A DNA stretch of 64,000 bases from Balamuthia mandrillaris (taxonomy: Eukaryota): positions 62,001 through 126,000 of the forward strand of contig JAVKOQ020000074.1 of assembly GCA_031835245.2 (NCBI GenBank), given 5' to 3'. The position numbers were made by a program, and so were the translations under genes. Of this stretch, positions 60,769 through 64,000 are shown piece by piece. Position 1 is the first letter of the stretch. The number at the start of each line of letters is the position of its first letter. The notes beneath the pieces are model-generated. The model was not told the origin of the DNA. It saw only the letters and a program-made list of their open reading frames with translations, and ran no database searches.

Positions 60769-61498
60769 AGGTACTACGTTTGGCTACAGAGGCGTTGTTC
60801 TTGTCTCCATCCATCGATTGAGTTCCATCGGGCTCGGCGAGTACTTGATAGTGCAGAATTAGTCTCCATATCAAACCAAGAATCATCTTTCTGTTTCCTG
60901 TCATAAAGTCTATTGCAAGGGAAAACCATCGTCAACACGGCAAAGAATTATGCAGAGGGGAGAAGCAGAACAATGAAGATGCGTGATAAATACCTTGAGA
61001 AGAAGCCAAGACCACAGCGCCTATCTCCTCCTTGGCAAAGTCCAAAGCGATGGTGAGGTTCTCTTGCTTCTGGATGTCCTTCTCAGGCTTGGCGTGCCAC
61101 TTCTCAGGGATAGACTTTCCAGAGAGAGCCTCCATCAGCTGGATGAGGACCAGGCCGCTCTTGAGCTCCTCCACAAGGCTGCCCTTGAGGAGGGTGCTTC
61201 GAAGACCCTTGCTGGCCAACTTGGCATTGATCCACCCCCTAAAGGTCTTTTCGTGGAGCATCTCCAGGTAGACCTGTTTCTTCTCTCGGTTCACCGTCAG
61301 GACGGACTTGGCGCCGTCCAGTGGCGTGGTCCGAGACGAGGTAGCGGCATTGTTCGTGGTTGGCTGCTCCTCCCTTGGCTCTGGGTGAAGGTGAGGCGAG
61401 ATGGCAGAGGGAGTGGGAGTGGGCTTGTGGACGAGCTGCTCCAGGGGCAGCAACGGCACCTTGGGCGATGCAGTGGTAGCAGCAGCAGTAGCAGACAT
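59456..61498 (-). CDS. Tandem calponin-homology (actin-binding) domains plus a C-terminal C2 domain
   Basis: CH1 HEKTFRGWINAKL...LKSGLVLIQLMEALS...GNRKMILGLIWRLILHYQ; CH2 LLQWCQQQTEGYNGVDIKDF..SWLDGLGFCALLH...NLETAFKLAEEELDIPQLLDP; C2 GKLQVVVEEAK...PYC...PQWDNEF...GEIKLTL. Confidence 0.88.
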
Positions 61499-62017
61499 GC
61501 AGGTGAGACTTCCTCTACGTACTTTATCCTACAACAAAAAAGCGATATAAAAAAAAGTAGCAATACGAGCGAGTAGCACAGAGAAGAACGGTTTGTTTTT
61601 TTTAAGTGACGTTCGTTCGTTCGTTCGTTCGCTGTGATGATGCTTTTGATAAGAGAGAGAGAGAAACAAAAAACAAAATATATCTGACAGGAGAGAGTGA
61701 AACAAAGAAAAAAAAAGGGAGGGAAAAAGAGACGTTTGGGAGGGAAGGCGGCAAACACACGCAACCAAAAAGCCATCGGAGTGTCCACTGCAGCATCTGG
61801 GAGTAGCGGCAGGAGGAACACGGAGAGCGGATGACATGCCTGACGTGACGGTTTGGGGCAATTCTCTCCAAATATGGAGAAAGGAGTGAAATTTGGTCCA
61901 ATCAAAATTCGGCAAAAACTCCAATGACCGTTCGGCAAGGAAAGGGAGAAAACAGGGAAAAAAAAACGGGGCGGGTCGACACGAAGTGCAGCCTGTTTTT
62001 TTTTTTTTTGGCTTTTG

Positions 62018-63628
62018 TTAGGGCGGGGAAAGAGGAGGCCAGCGATGGTGCTCCGCGATGAAGTCCAGGAGATGCGCCAAGCCGTGCTGCTCGTAGCGCT
62101 TTTTGGCCTGACGGAAGCCCTCTCGGTAGGGCCTGCCCCACTCGCCCTTTTGGGTGCCGATGGCCGCCAGGGCGTGCTCCGCCTCCTCGTTGGGCAGGTC
62201 CCCCGCCTTGATCATCGCCTGGATGACCAGCCAGGCGCAGAGCTCGGCCAGGCCCTCTCTTATCTCGGCGGAGAGCTCCAGGAAGGCAAAGTCTGGCCGG
62301 AGGCTCATCCACACGTGCATGAACTCATGGGCGATGACAGCATAGGTCTTACCTCTGGGCAAACCTGCCAGTATGGCCACCGAGTGAACCTGTCTCTCTT
62401 TCAATGGGGGTCTTCGTTGCTGCTGTTGATCCCTGGAAGTGGTGGAAGTGATGGTGACTCCAACGGTGCAAGAGTGTTGTTCCTCCTCCGCTGCAGCCAA
62501 GACCTCCATCTCGTCTCTGTACACGAGAAACACGGCTCGTCCCTCCAACGCGCTATCTCCAACCTGCGCAGCGAACCACCGCCCCACCTCATTGAAGCAC
62601 TCCAGGGCTATCCTGTCCTCGGTCACCGCTGTGGCCTTGCAGGTCTGACAGATCTTGCGTCCATCGGGGTAGGTATGGAAGGGCCTCAAGGCTCCCAAGG
62701 GTCGTTTGCAGCCCAAGCAAAGGCAGACCTCCTCGTCGTTGTGGGTGCTGCAGCGGCTCTCGTTGATGTCTGGATAGGTTATGTACATGCCGGAGACGAA
62801 GCGGCCGCAGACCACGCACTTAGGCACAAAGAGCTCCTTGTGACAGGTCTCGCAGAAGATGTCGTCCTCGCCCTCACGGATGTAGCTTTCTTGGGGGCGG
62901 TTGCAGCCGCTGCAGCGGTGACAGAGTTGGCAGAGGCTGAGGCGTGCAGATCGGAAGGTTTCTTCGGAGCTGTTCTTGGTTTGTTTGCAGAGAGTGCAGC
63001 GAAAGGTAGCGGGTGTCGTTGTGGTTGTTGATATGGCTGTCGTTGTGGCAGTTGGAGAGAAGGAGAGCAAAGGAGGAGGAGGACGAGATGTGGAGGAAGA
63101 AGAAGAAGAAGAGGAAGAAGAAGAAGGTGACCGAGAAGAACCTGTTGATGAAGAAATGGTAGCTGGAGAAGGAGAACGTAAAGGAGAGGTGGGTGTAGAG
63201 GTAGAAGGAGAGGAAGTTTGCGACGAAGGGGAAGGGCGCCGCGAAGGAGAGGGGGAGGACGGCTGTGACTGTTTTCGTTTTTTTGACCTGACAGAAGATG
63301 CTGAAGAGGTTGTTGTGACATTGTGACGAAGCGTGACCTTTGGCTGCAACGTCTCCAGTGAACAGAGGAGGCACCATTCCGTCTCCTCTATTTCAGCACG
63401 CATCTCTTTGCCCGCTCGTTGCACAGACTTGAAGCCAAGGTTCCACAGCAACAGCTCGGCGGCCTGCCTCTCCTCCTCTTGCCAAGCCTCGGGCAGGGAG
63501 AAGCGAAGGCGCAGCATGGCATTGCCTTTGGCATCATCTGCGGTCGTTTCCTCGGTTGCCGCCTTGTACAACCAGGCCAGCTGCTTCTGCGCATGCCGCG
63601 ACAAGTAGGACTCCAACAGACCCTCCAT
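62018..63628 (-). CDS. DA1-like LIM-domain zinc metallopeptidase, intronless
   Basis: LIM-like Cys pairs, DGRKICQTCKATAV, ILAGLPR...VIAHEFMHVWM, EIREGLAE, YREGFR. Start placed at MEGLLES (63628). Confidence 0.85.
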   Translation of the reverse strand: MEGLLESYLSRHAQKQLAWLYKAATEETTADDAKGNAMLRLRFSLPEAWQEEERQAAELLLWNLGFKSVQRAGKEMRAEIEETEWCLLCSLETLQPKVTLRHNVTTTSSASSVRSKKRKQSQPSSPSPSRRPSPSSQTSSPSTSTPTSPLRSPSPATISSSTGSSRSPSSSSSSSSSSSTSRPPPPLLSFSPTATTTAISTTTTTPATFRCTLCKQTKNSSEETFRSARLSLCQLCHRCSGCNRPQESYIREGEDDIFCETCHKELFVPKCVVCGRFVSGMYITYPDINESRCSTHNDEEVCLCLGCKRPLGALRPFHTYPDGRKICQTCKATAVTEDRIALECFNEVGRWFAAQVGDSALEGRAVFLVYRDEMEVLAAAEEEQHSCTVGVTITSTTSRDQQQQRRPPLKERQVHSVAILAGLPRGKTYAVIAHEFMHVWMSLRPDFAFLELSAEIREGLAELCAWLVIQAMIKAGDLPNEEAEHALAAIGTQKGEWGRPYREGFRQAKKRYEQHGLAHLLDFIAEHHRWPPLSPP

Positions 63629-63749
63629 TCTGCTCTGTTTGGTGGTAATGCGTTTCGCTTTGCAGATCAACTGATATTTTAAGATCATCCAATAGAAAAT
63701 CAAAAAACCATTATTTGTCGACCGGAATAACAAACGGATCGGCAGAGCC
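63629..63749. promoter_or_regulatory. 121-bp bidirectional promoter with CCAAT and GTCGAC
   Basis: Lies between divergent ATGs at 63628 and 63750; CCAAT 63689-63693, GTCGAC 63717-63722. Confidence 0.55.
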
Positions 63750-64000
63750 ATGGAACAGAGCGGTGGAGGATGGCAGGAGACCCATGACCCTGCTCTTGCC
63801 AAGAAGCTGGAGGAGCGTGCCAGGGGACAGGTGCTGAGATGGGCTGGCGTGAAAAGCGCCGGGCGCAGAGCTGCAGCGAAGGAGGCCGAGCACGTTGAGC
63901 GCAGGACGGACGCCGCTGTGGCCGCTGCCAGAGTCAAGAAGCTGGCCGACCATCTTGGCGCCATAGCGGTGGTTGAGCCGCAGAAAACTCTGCCAGTGCT
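63750..64000 (+). CDS. 5' part of an unidentified gene running off the window edge
   Basis: GCCATGG start, open frame MEQSGGGWQETHDPALAKKLEERARGQVLRW... to the edge, GC-rich coding-like composition, divergent from the DA1-like gene. Confidence 0.6.
   Translation, partial: MEQSGGGWQETHDPALAKKLEERARGQVLRWAGVKSAGRRAAAKEAEHVERRTDAAVAAARVKKLADHLGAIAVVEPQKTLPV

Noticed and set aside
63629..63964. N-terminal 112 aa of the 648-aa ORF 62018-63964
   Set aside because: It crosses an AT-rich promoter-like spacer and overlaps the antisense strand of a plus-strand gene starting at 63750. MEGLLES at 63628 is the more plausible start.

Overview
Gene-dense, intron-rich eukaryotic DNA with short GT-AG introns full of microsatellites. 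It is most consistent with an amoebozoan: it carries a Dictyostelium-type STAT and a TirA-like RCC1/TIR protein. A discosean amoeba such as Balamuthia is my guess only. I reconstruct 27 complete spliced protein-coding genes and one partial gene at the right edge. Most are housekeeping: DHHC, PSD2-like, LPA1-like, ARPC3, UTP18, SSUH2, NUDCD2, ACBP, LYRM, GEP4-like, NOL11, GST-mu, ARF, RPN9, HAD and DCC1. I saw no tRNA, rRNA, CRISPR array or transposase. Most notable: (1) a TirA-like protein combining BRCT, a Nup98-type GLEBS motif, RCC1, ankyrin repeats, a TIR domain with the catalytic Glu and possibly a second degenerate TIR; (2) an intronless giant-virus-type ankyrin/F-box gene with an N-terminal PCNA PIP box; (3) a palindromic GTCGAC element in most promoter regions; (4) introns with 5' pyrimidine tracts and A-rich 3' ends; (5) a tandem HARE-HTH protein, an intronless DA1-like peptidase, a CH-CH-C2 protein and a GRAM-C2-EF-PSD with a very long alpha chain. 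All domain calls are by-eye motif recognition, not database searches, and exon boundaries are manual.
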